A stretch of 56,722 nt of DNA, taken from the NCBI GenBank assembly GCA_036482635.1, contig JAZFWH010000208.1, positions 1 to 56,722 on the forward strand, in the 5' to 3' direction. Position numbers and translations under genes: made by a program. How positions within the stretch are numbered: the stretch's first letter is position 1; every line of letters starts with the position of its first letter. Origin of the DNA: Myxococcota bacterium (GTDB lineage: Bacteria > Myxococcota_A > UBA9160 > SMWR01). The notes under the pieces were generated by a model. The model did not search any database. It was given only the letters and a program-made list of their open reading frames with translations, and was not told the origin of the DNA. Of the stretch, positions 9,670 through 17,894 are shown one piece after another.

Positions 9670-11088
9670 TCAGAGCTCCACGAGCGCGCCGAGCATGGCG
9701 CGCAGCTTGAGCTGCGTCTCGCGCAGCTCGTCCTCGGGCTGTGAGCCGGCGACGACACCGGCGCCCGCGAACAGCCGCGCGCTCTCGCCGCACAGCAGCG
9801 CCGAACGCAGGCCGACCCAGAACTCGCCGCCGCCGTCGGCGCGCGCGAAGCCGACCGGGCCCGCGTACCAGCCCCGCTCGAGCCGCTCGCGACGCGCGAT
9901 CCAGGCGAGCGCGGCAGCGCGCGGCGAACCGCCCACCGCCGGCGTCGGGTGCAGGCGGCCGACCAGCTCCAGCACGTGCTCCGGTGCGCGCAACGCGCCG
10001 CGAATCGGGGTCTCGAGATGCTGGATTCCGTCCAGGCGCGCCAGGCGCGGGACGTCGGGCACGTCGAGCTCGCTGCACGCGCCCGAGAGCGCGGCCGCCA
10101 ATGAGCTCACCACCAACGCGTGCTCCGCGCGCTCCTTCGCGCTGCCGGCCAGCTCGCGGCCCAGCCGCTCGTCCTCCTGCGGGCTGCGTCCGCGCGGTGC
10201 GGAGCCCGCCGTCGCCGCCGTCTGCAGCGAGCGCCCGTCGAGTCGCACCAGCAGCTCGGGCGTCGCTCCCAGGAAGGTCCCTTCGGGCCGCGCGACCGCG
10301 AAGGTCGCGCAGGACGGGTAGGCGCGGCGCAGCTTCGCCAGGATCGGCGCGGCGTCGAAGCCCCCGCGGCGCGCCACGCGAACGGCCCGGGCCAGCACCA
10401 CCTTGGCCAGCGACCCGCCGGAGATGGCGCGCAGGGCGGCGGCCACGTCGTCGCGAAAGGCCGCGTGCGTACACTCGACCGCCGCGCGGTAGCCGGCTTC
10501 GGCGTCGGCGGCCCCGGCCTGCGCAACCGCCGTCGGCGCGGACGCGATCGCCGCGCACCAGCGCTCGAACGCCGCCCGTGCGAGCGCCAACTCTCGGGTG
10601 GCGTCCGCGCCCGGGTCCACCCGGTGCGTCGCGACGCAGACTGCGCGCGCACCCCGCTTCGCGACGATCAGCTCGGGGAGCACGAGCCGCCCGGCGGGAA
10701 AGCCCTTCCAGTCACCCGACGAGGACGACTCGTCGGCGAAGGAGAAGCCACCGACCAGCAGGGGCTCATCGGCCGACGTCCCCGCCCCGGCGATGCGCTG
10801 GCGATCGCGCGCCAGCGCGCGCGCTTCGCGGGCGGCCGCCCCGAAGCGCTGCGCGCCCGCCAGCTCGATGGCGTGGGACGCACCGAGTCCGACCACCTGA
10901 AGCCCATCGGCGGGCCGCTCCCAGAAGAAGCGCTCCGAGGCCGGCGAGGCGGCAAACAGCTCCAGGCCATCGCGCGGCGCGACCGGCAGCGGAAGCGACA
11001 CCCACTGGGCGCGGCCTAGACTCGCGGCGCGCCGGGCCGCAGCAGCCACCGCGCCCGCGAGCTCGGGACCGGCGCCCGCGGCGCTCAC
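9670..11088 (-). CDS. menF: isochorismate synthase
   Basis: C-terminal 472 aa of track ORF 9670..11478. Chorismate-binding motifs LHPTPAVGG, ERGWYAGPVG and AGAGVVAGSQPEDE. GTG at 11088 overlaps the ubiE TGA. Confidence 0.85.
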   Translation of the reverse strand: MSAAGAGPELAGAVAAAARRAASLGRAQWVSLPLPVAPRDGLELFAASPASERFFWERPADGLQVVGLGASHAIELAGAQRFGAAAREARALARDRQRIAGAGTSADEPLLVGGFSFADESSSSGDWKGFPAGRLVLPELIVAKRGARAVCVATHRVDPGADATRELALARAAFERWCAAIASAPTAVAQAGAADAEAGYRAAVECTHAAFRDDVAAALRAISGGSLAKVVLARAVRVARRGGFDAAPILAKLRRAYPSCATFAVARPEGTFLGATPELLVRLDGRSLQTAATAGSAPRGRSPQEDERLGRELAGSAKERAEHALVVSSLAAALSGACSELDVPDVPRLARLDGIQHLETPIRGALRAPEHVLELVGRLHPTPAVGGSPRAAALAWIARRERLERGWYAGPVGFARADGGGEFWVGLRSALLCGESARLFAGAGVVAGSQPEDELRETQLKLRAMLGALVEL

Positions 11089-11792
11089 GCCGCTTCCTCC
11101 CGGATGGCCGTGACGAGCTGCGCCGCGCCGAACAGCAAGCTGCGGCGCGCCACGTCGCGGAACCCGGCCCGGGCCAGTAGCCGCGACAGCTCGGCGGGAG
11201 CCGGGAGGTAGCTGGTCGACTGCGGCAGATAGGCGTAGGCCGCGCGGTCCGACAGGAGTCCGCCCACCAGCGGCACCACGTTGTCGAAATAGAAGGAATG
11301 GCCCGCGCGCAGCCAGCGGCCCTGCGGGCGATCCACGTCGAGCAACGCCACGCGCCCGCCCGGCGCCAGCACCCGCGCGAGCTCCGCGAAGATCTCCTCC
11401 AGCGACACGAAGTTGCGCAGGGCGAAGCCGCACACGGCCGCCGTCGCGAAGCCCTCGCGCAGCGGAAGCCGGGCGCAATCGGCCTGGACGAGCTGCGCCG
11501 GCACGCGGCGCCGCCGCGCACCGGATAGCATCTGGCGCGCGAAGTCGACGCCCACCACCCGCGCGCCGCGCTGCGCGGCGAGCTCGGCGAGATCGCCCGT
11601 TCCGCAGGCCAGGTCGAGCACCCGATCTCCCGGGCCCAGCCCGATCGCCTCGACGGCCGCGCGACGCCAGCGCCGGTCGAGGCCGGCGCTGAGCAGACGG
11701 TTCAGCCGGTCGTAGCGCGGTGCGATGCGGTCGAACATCGCGCGCACCGAGGCGTGCTTGCCCGCGGCGGGGGGGAGTGCGTTCAGCGCCAC
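11085..11792 (-). CDS. ubiE: demethylmenaquinone/ubiquinone C-methyltransferase
   Basis: MFDRIAPRYDRLNRLLSAGLDRRWRR followed by SAM motif VLDLACGTGD, the UbiE/MenG hallmark. GTG start overlaps the MerR gene end by 10 nt. Confidence 0.9.
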   Translation of the reverse strand: MALNALPPAAGKHASVRAMFDRIAPRYDRLNRLLSAGLDRRWRRAAVEAIGLGPGDRVLDLACGTGDLAELAAQRGARVVGVDFARQMLSGARRRRVPAQLVQADCARLPLREGFATAAVCGFALRNFVSLEEIFAELARVLAPGGRVALLDVDRPQGRWLRAGHSFYFDNVVPLVGGLLSDRAAYAYLPQSTSYLPAPAELSRLLARAGFRDVARRSLLFGAAQLVTAIREEAA

Positions 11793-12535
11793 CCGACCTC
11801 CACTTCCAGGCGCGCGTTCTCGGTGGCGGAGAGGGCGGCCTGCAGGGCTTCGTGCTCTCGCTTGCCGCGCAGCCGGTTCAGCGCCCGGTTCACCAGCGTG
11901 CGCTGGAAGTGCAGCGCCACCAGGCGCGTCACCCCGGGCAGCATCTGCTGGAAGGCCGCGGTGACGGCGGCGTCGTCCACCGGGTCGCCCTCCCGCTTGC
12001 GCACGTGCTCGTCGAACAGATCGATGGCCACGTCGCAGAGCTTCTGGATGTGGCGGGCGTGCTCCACGGCCTGCTGGAGCAGGACCTGCATGGGGAGCCC
12101 CGAGTCGAGCAGCGCCAGCCCGATGCGCGCCATCTCGAGCTCCGACTCACCGAAGCGCTGCTCGCCGCCGACCTGCAACGGCTCGACCAGGCCGGCGGCC
12201 TCCATCGCGCCCACCAGCGCCGGCGGGATGCCCGCCTCCGCGGCGAGCTCGGCGCGTGTGAACGTCCGCTCTCCGACGCGTTCGCGTGTCAGTGCCTCCA
12301 GCAGCTGGGGGGTGTCGCTCTGTTCCGGACTGAGCAGGCGCTGGATCTGCGCCAGCGAGAAGCCTTCGCGACGGCGCTGCCGGATCTGCTTGAGCCGCGC
12401 GAGGTGCTCTTCGCTGTAGATCCCCACGCGCCCTCGCTTGCGCGGAGCGGGTAGCAGACCCCGCGACTGGTAGAAGCGGAGGGTGTCGACGCGCACCCCG
12501 GCCGCGGCGGCCAGGGCCTCGACTCGATACTCCAT
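11783..12535 (-). CDS. MerR-family transcriptional regulator with a second degenerate MerR-like HTH repeat
   Basis: N-terminus YRVEALAAAAGVRVDTLRFYQSRGLL...IYSEEHLARLKQIRQ is a MerR HTH. A second similar unit is FTRAELAAEAGIPPALVGAMEAAGLVEP...FGESELEMARIGL. First gene of the men operon. Confidence 0.85.
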   Translation of the reverse strand: MEYRVEALAAAAGVRVDTLRFYQSRGLLPAPRKRGRVGIYSEEHLARLKQIRQRRREGFSLAQIQRLLSPEQSDTPQLLEALTRERVGERTFTRAELAAEAGIPPALVGAMEAAGLVEPLQVGGEQRFGESELEMARIGLALLDSGLPMQVLLQQAVEHARHIQKLCDVAIDLFDEHVRKREGDPVDDAAVTAAFQQMLPGVTRLVALHFQRTLVNRALNRLRGKREHEALQAALSATENARLEVEVGWR

Positions 12536-12541
12536 GCAGAG

Positions 12542-12570
12542 ATTCTAAGAGTAGTTACTTCAAGTGTCGA
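12542..12570 (-). promoter_or_regulatory. sigma70-like promoter of the MerR-men operon, apparently leaderless
   Basis: Minus strand reads TCGACA-17 nt-TAGAAT-CTCTGC-ATG. The -10 element ends 6 nt before the ATG at 12535, and no SD fits in between. The spacer contains the imperfect dyad AGTAACTACT. Confidence 0.45.
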
Positions 12571-12646
12571 GACGCTCGGGGCAAACCAGCAGCTTCTTCC
12601 TTAACCAATAGTACTCATTACGAAATCTCTCTCTGGAGGGCGGGCC

Positions 12647-13696
12647 TCAGGCCCAGCAGACGGCGACCTTCCGGGGGCCCTCGTAGGGCAGGCGCCCGTG
12701 CGAGACCGAGTGGTTGTCGATCGCGATCACGTCGCCGCGGCGCCAGGGCTCGATCACCATCTGGCGCCATACCGTGTCGCGCACGGCCTCCATGTCCGCC
12801 GCCGGGATCTCGCGCCCGTCGAGGTACGTGCAGTGCATCGACTGCTCCTCGGCCGGCTTTTCGCGCAGCGCGGCCTCCAGCGACTCCGCCATCCGGTGCA
12901 GTCCGAGGTGGCGCTCGGTCGGTCGCAGCTTCGCGATGCGCGCGTACTCCGCCGCCGCGGTCGACAGGTGGAAGGTCGTGCTGTGGTTGTGCCAGACGCG
13001 TTCGCCGGTCAGCGGGTGATCGCGGTACACGGGTTGTGTGCTGACCAGCCGAAGTCCCTGGTTCTCGAGCCAGGTGGGCTCGAAGCCCTGGTCCTTGCAC
13101 TGCGCCTCGACGGCGCCCCGGTCGGTGGTCAGGAACATCTCGTTCCAGCGCTTGAGACGCAGCGGATCGGTGTCCTCACCCTCGCCGGGGCCGCTGTAGT
13201 TGCGGATGATGCGAATCCCGCCCTCCGTGAAGCGGCGCCGCAGTTCGGGGTCGAGGTCGCGCCATACCACGCGAAAGTCGCACAGCGGAGTCTCGCCGCT
13301 GCCCTCCGCCGGGGGCTCGAGACAGCAGAAGAACACGCGGCGCGGCGGGTGGGCGCAGAAGCTCATCTCGCAGTGCTGCGGAATCGGGTAGAAGTTCGGC
13401 AGCTCGCTGGCGCTGAACACGTACTCGCTCAGACTGTCGCGGGGTGACGTCCCCAGGTACTCGTTCTTGAGGTCGTCGTCCACGGCGCGAGCGACGGCCT
13501 CGAAGTCTTCGGGCCCGCGCACCTCGAAGCCGCGGAACAGCAGCGCTCCGTGCTGGGTGAGGCTCTCCTGCACCCAGCCGGCGTTCTCCCCGAGCCAACC
13601 CACGAGCGAAGCCACGTCCCGCCCCGAACCTCGCGGCCGGATCGCGAGGGGCAGCTCGCCGCCGATCTCGTAGGGTGCGTCGATCGCGCTGGCCAT
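12647..13696 (-). CDS. TauD/TfdA-family Fe(II)/2-oxoglutarate dioxygenase (SyrP/clavaminate-synthase-like)
   Basis: 349 aa. Carries the HxE facial-triad candidate PQHCEMSF, the later HNHST/IDNHSVSHGR motifs, and the family-typical WRRGDVIAIDN. Confidence 0.7.
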   Translation of the reverse strand: MASAIDAPYEIGGELPLAIRPRGSGRDVASLVGWLGENAGWVQESLTQHGALLFRGFEVRGPEDFEAVARAVDDDLKNEYLGTSPRDSLSEYVFSASELPNFYPIPQHCEMSFCAHPPRRVFFCCLEPPAEGSGETPLCDFRVVWRDLDPELRRRFTEGGIRIIRNYSGPGEGEDTDPLRLKRWNEMFLTTDRGAVEAQCKDQGFEPTWLENQGLRLVSTQPVYRDHPLTGERVWHNHSTTFHLSTAAAEYARIAKLRPTERHLGLHRMAESLEAALREKPAEEQSMHCTYLDGREIPAADMEAVRDTVWRQMVIEPWRRGDVIAIDNHSVSHGRLPYEGPRKVAVCWA

Positions 13697-13723
13697 GCCG
13701 CCCAGGATACCCCGTCGCGGCGC

Positions 13724-14200
13724 TCAGCCGCCCGGCGATCGGCGCGCGCGCCGCTCCGCCGGCAGCTCGTCGAGGACGTGGAAGCGCACCTGGCCGCGCG
13801 CCACGACGCGCTCGTCGGCGCTGCGCCGGATCACGACCGACCAGAGCTGGTGACTGCGGCCCACGTGGAGTGGCTCTCCGACGGCGACCAGCTCACCCTC
13901 GCTGTGGGAGCGCAGGAAGTCGGTGGTGTTGGAGACACCGACCACGCCCTTCTGCCCGCGCTCGCGCGCCGCCATGCCCGCGCCGTAGCTCGCGACGCCC
14001 TCGACGATGGAGCAGTAGACGCCGCCGTGGGCGATGCCGTAGGGCTGGTGGTGCCGCGGGCCGATCTCGACGCGCGCGCGCACCCGCTCCGGCCCCGCCT
14101 CGAGCACGTCCATGCCCAGGTGCCGGCCCCAGCTGTCCTCGCGGCGCGGATCGCCCCCCGCCGGCGCGCCGCCGAGCTTCTCCCCGCTCTCACCGCTCAT
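13724..14200 (-). CDS. PaaI/YdiI-type hotdog thioesterase (candidate 1,4-dihydroxy-2-naphthoyl-CoA hydrolase)
   Basis: 158 aa. GMDVLEAGPERVRARVEIGPRHHQPYGIAHGGVYCSIVE...HVGRSHQLW is the PaaI-family signature. Lies next to the men operon. Confidence 0.7.
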   Translation of the reverse strand: MSGESGEKLGGAPAGGDPRREDSWGRHLGMDVLEAGPERVRARVEIGPRHHQPYGIAHGGVYCSIVEGVASYGAGMAARERGQKGVVGVSNTTDFLRSHSEGELVAVGEPLHVGRSHQLWSVVIRRSADERVVARGQVRFHVLDELPAERRARRSPGG

Positions 14201-14228
14201 CGATCTCCTCCTGCTCGCGCGACTCCGC

Positions 14229-14748
14229 TCAGAATCGGTACTCGCTCATGGGATGGGACTCCACGCGATCCAGCGCGATCAACTCGCGACAGCTCTCCAC
14301 GCTACGCGCCAGATTCGCCCGAACCCTCTCTTGCGAGCCGCCGGCAGCGTAGAACACCAGGGGATCACTCTGCGCCTCGACCGAAAAGCCCTCCTCGACG
14401 ATGGCGGCCCAGGGCGGCGGCTCGCGGATCCATGCGTGGGAGCGGCTCGGCACGCGAGTGGCTGGCTGCGGCCGTAGCGCACTCGAACGCGCCTCCGCTC
14501 TTGCAGCTCTGGATGGCGAGCGACACCGCGAAGTCGGTATTGTCGCACCGCCAGCCCTGCACGTGGCCTTCGGTCGTGGCGGTCAGGCTCAGGGCTGCGA
14601 GCGGATCGGCCATCCGGTAAAGCGGCCGGCGCTCGAGGACCTCGCCGATGAAATGCTCGAGCGGGTCCCAGTGAACCAGGGCGCGCAGCGGCGACGCCGC
14701 CGGGATCAGGTCGTACGCGATCGCCCAGCTGAGACTGTGCTCGCGCAC
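14229..14748 (-). pseudogene. hypothetical gene split by a frameshift near 14450-14460
   Basis: Track ORFs 14365..14904 (coding-like GC3 down to ~14458, then GC3 drops) and 14229..14453 (high GC3) overlap in adjacent frames. GTG at 14748 is a candidate start. No family recognised. Confidence 0.4.
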
Positions 14749-14996
14749 GCGTCGGGGGTGACCCTCCGGACGCGACTCGTCGGGCAGCTCCGGGCCGGCC
14801 GGTTCCGGGCACGCCACGCCTCGCGCTCCTCGCTCTCGCCGTGTCGCGCCAGCCTGGGAGAGATCCCGGGGCCCCTCGAGCGAGGTCGAGCGGAGCGGCG
14901 CCACGGCGTCCGAGACGCGCCGCCGCAGTCAATCGGACCCCGGATCCGGCCGATGGGAAGGCAGCGGGCGGGGCGTCGCCCGGAGAGGAGGGGGCC

Positions 14997-17894
14997 GTGA
15001 ACCCGCTGGAGCTCGCCGCGGCCACCATGGCCGCCATCGCGCTGTGGCGGATTCGGCGCAAGGGTGCCCTGCAGCGGCGCATCGCCGAGCTCGAGCGGCA
15101 GCTCAGCGAGCTGCGGCGCCGGGTGAGTCTGGCGGAGCCGTCCATCTCGCCCGAGCCGGAGCCCGCGAGGGCGCAGTCGGTCAGCCCGCCCGGAGCGGGC
15201 AGCGCAGCCGCCCCGCCGCCGGTCTTCGAGCCGCCGCCCCCCGCAGCGCGACCCGCCGAGCCGCCGCCCTCGCCCCCGAGACCCCCCGCCGTGCGAATCG
15301 ACTGGGAGCGCTGGCTGGGCGTGCGCGGTGCCGCCGTGCTGGGCGGTGTGGTGCTGGCGCTGGCCGGGGTCTACTTCTTCAAGTACTCGATCGAGCACGG
15401 GCTGATCCCGCCCTGGCTGCGGGTCGTCACCGGCACGCTGCTCGGGGTGGGCTGCATCGCCGCGGCCGAGTGGAAGGCGCGCGCGCGCTACGAGGCGGCG
15501 GCGAACGGGCTGATCGGCGGCGGGATCGTCGTGCTCTACTCGGCCTTCTGGGCGGCGCGCAGCCTGTACGGTCTGGTCGGTTCTGAGCTGGCCCTCGTCG
15601 CGATGATCTCGGTGACGGCGACCTGCACGGCTCTCGCCTACCGCCACGCCTCCCTGGTCATCGCGCTGATCGGACTGATCGGAGGCTTCCTCACTCCGCT
15701 GCTGCTCTCCACGGGCCAGGACCGTCCGATCGCCCTCTTCTCGTACATCCTGCTGCTCGACGCGGGCCTGCTCTTCATCGCGCAACGACGCGGCTGGCCC
15801 CTGCTCGCCCTGCTGAGCCTGGTCGGGACGCTCGTCTACCAGGCGCTGTGGATCGGCAGCCGCATGCAGGCCGGCCAGCTGCTGCTGGCGATCGGCGTCC
15901 TCGCGATCTTCGCCGTGGCCTACGCCTACGCGCTGCGCGGGCTTCCCACCGCTGGCCGCCGGCAGTGGTTGGTGACCCAGGCGGGCGGCGCCCTCTTCCC
16001 GTTCGTCTTCGCCCTCTACCTCGCCGGACGGTCGGACCTGGGCGAGCACTTCTATCCGGTGGCGCTGCTGCTCGCGCTGCTCTCGGGCTCCGCGGCCTGG
16101 CTCGCCCGCGCGCAGCAGCGCGCCTGGCTGGGGCTCGGCGCCGCCTGCGGCTCCACCGCGGTGTTCGCGGTCTGGCTGATCGGGCGCCACCTCGACGCGG
16201 CGCTGGCCTGGGAGGCGGCCGCACTGTGCTTCCTGCTGGCCGGCGTGTTCCACGTCTTCGCGGAGCTCGACCGGCGCCCGGCCGGACGCGCTGGACCGGC
16301 GCCCGCGGCGATGGTGACGTCGCTCGGCTTGCAGGCGCTGCTGATCGCGGCCGCCGCGCGCAGCGCCGACGCGGACCTCTGGCCGTGGCTGTGCGGCTGG
16401 CTGCTGCTGGCTGGACTCTCCTTCCGCCATGGCACCTTCCCCCGGCGCGGCGCGCTGCAGGTCGCCGCCGCGGCGCTGCTGGCGGCGGGCCTGTGGCAGT
16501 TCGCCTGGTGGCACCAGGGCGAGCCGGGCGCGCCGAGCTTCGCCACCCACTGCGCCGTGCTGATCGCGGTCGCGGTGGTCGCGCAGGTGTCCGCGCTGCG
16601 GCGCCGCGAAGCCACGGGGAAGCGTTGGAGCGAGCGCGCCGGTGCGACCTTCGCCGTGCTGGCGTCCATCTCCCTGGCGGCGAGCCCGTCCTTCTACGAC
16701 GCGCCGCTGCTCCCGCCGCTGAGCGCAGCCCTGCTCGGCTTCCTCGCGGCGCTGTCGGCGACGCGGATTCCGTCCGGGCGCTGGCTGTTCGCGGCAATGC
16801 TCTCGACAGCCCTGGTCCACAGCGCGTGGACCTTCGCGCAAGCCACCCCGGAGGCCCCGGAGGCGGCGCTCGCCCTGGCCGGCCAGGCCGTCTCGCTGCT
16901 GCTCTTCGCGTCCTTCCCCTTCGCCGCGCTGGCCCGCTTCCGCACCGAGCGCTGGGCCTGGTACGCCGCGGCGCTGGCGGCCCCGGCCTGGTTCCCCTCG
17001 CTGAAGGTGCTGTACGAGGCCAGCTTCGGAGCGCAGACGATCGGCCTGCTGCCGGTCCTGCTGGGGGCCCTCGCGCTCGGCTCGGCCTGGCAGGCGAAGC
17101 GGCGGCGCGACGCCGCGGACCCGCTGCTCAAGAGCAACCTCGCCTGGTTCCTGGCGGTGGCGTTCGGCTTCGCGACGCTGGCGATCCCGCTCCAGCTCGA
17201 AAAGGAGTGGATCACGATCGGCTGGGCGCTGGAAGGTCTGGCGGTCACGCTGCTGTGGCGCCGGCTGGACCACCCGGGTCTCAAGTACCTGGGGCTGGCG
17301 CTGTTCGCCGGCGTGACCCTCCGCCTGGTCGCGAACGAGGCCGTGCTGGGTTACTACCCGCGCCCCTCCTGGCGCGTGTTCAACTGGCTCTTCTACACGT
17401 ACCTGGTGCCGACCGCGGCGATGATCTGGAGCGTGCGCGTGCTGAATGCGCACGAGATCTCCCGGGCGCGCCCCTGGGAGCGGCGCGTCTACGCCGGCGG
17501 CCGCCCGCTCGGCGCGGCCGGCGTCGGACTCGCCGCGATCGCCGTGATCTTCGTGTGGCTCAACCTGGCGATCGCCGACTGGTTCGCCAGCGGCGCGACG
17601 CTGCGCGTCAGCTTCGAGCGCATGCCCGCCCGCGACTTGACCACGTCGCTCGTCTGGGCACTGTACGCGCTGGCGCTGCTCGCCGCGGGCGTCCGGGCCA
17701 GCAGCCGGGGACTGCGCTGGGTGAGCCTGGGCCTGATGATGGTGGCGGTGGCGAAGGTCTTCCTCCACGACCTCGGCGAGCTGGACGATCTCTACCGGGT
17801 GGGTTCGCTGCTCGGCCTGGCCGTCTCGCTGATCACGATCTCGCTCCTGTACCAGCGCTTCGTGGTACGCGAAGCCACACCGGGGGACACATGA
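14997..17894 (+). CDS. DUF2339-family polytopic membrane protein
   Basis: Track ORF 14841..17894. GTG at 14997 is preceded by GGAGAGGAGGGGG. Short N-terminal TM, coiled coil (RRIAELERQLSELRRR), Pro-rich linker, then >20 predicted TM helices with the repeated pattern FFKYSIEHGLI / GGFLTPLLLS. Confidence 0.8.
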   Translation: MNPLELAAATMAAIALWRIRRKGALQRRIAELERQLSELRRRVSLAEPSISPEPEPARAQSVSPPGAGSAAAPPPVFEPPPPAARPAEPPPSPPRPPAVRIDWERWLGVRGAAVLGGVVLALAGVYFFKYSIEHGLIPPWLRVVTGTLLGVGCIAAAEWKARARYEAAANGLIGGGIVVLYSAFWAARSLYGLVGSELALVAMISVTATCTALAYRHASLVIALIGLIGGFLTPLLLSTGQDRPIALFSYILLLDAGLLFIAQRRGWPLLALLSLVGTLVYQALWIGSRMQAGQLLLAIGVLAIFAVAYAYALRGLPTAGRRQWLVTQAGGALFPFVFALYLAGRSDLGEHFYPVALLLALLSGSAAWLARAQQRAWLGLGAACGSTAVFAVWLIGRHLDAALAWEAAALCFLLAGVFHVFAELDRRPAGRAGPAPAAMVTSLGLQALLIAAAARSADADLWPWLCGWLLLAGLSFRHGTFPRRGALQVAAAALLAAGLWQFAWWHQGEPGAPSFATHCAVLIAVAVVAQVSALRRREATGKRWSERAGATFAVLASISLAASPSFYDAPLLPPLSAALLGFLAALSATRIPSGRWLFAAMLSTALVHSAWTFAQATPEAPEAALALAGQAVSLLLFASFPFAALARFRTERWAWYAAALAAPAWFPSLKVLYEASFGAQTIGLLPVLLGALALGSAWQAKRRRDAADPLLKSNLAWFLAVAFGFATLAIPLQLEKEWITIGWALEGLAVTLLWRRLDHPGLKYLGLALFAGVTLRLVANEAVLGYYPRPSWRVFNWLFYTYLVPTAAMIWSVRVLNAHEISRARPWERRVYAGGRPLGAAGVGLAAIAVIFVWLNLAIADWFASGATLRVSFERMPARDLTTSLVWALYALALLAAGVRASSRGLRWVSLGLMMVAVAKVFLHDLGELDDLYRVGSLLGLAVSLITISLLYQRFVVREATPGDT

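Noticed and set aside
11783-12535. The MerR regulator as a SoxR/CueR-type redox or metal sensor acting on a long-spacer promoter.
   Set aside because: It has no C-terminal Cys cluster or metal-binding loop. The candidate promoter spacer is 17 nt rather than the 19-20 nt typical of MerR-activated promoters.
14706-17768. Very long track ORFs rich in Arg/Pro/Gly/Ala. Examples: 14706..17768 (-, 1020 aa), 39642..43640 (-, 1332 aa), 2864..5572 (+, 902 aa), 33284..35800 (+, 838 aa), 41321..43939 (+, 872 aa).
   Set aside because: They lie antisense or out of frame to genes with clear family motifs. They show the compositional signature of stop-free shadow frames in ~70% GC DNA and have no recognisable motifs.
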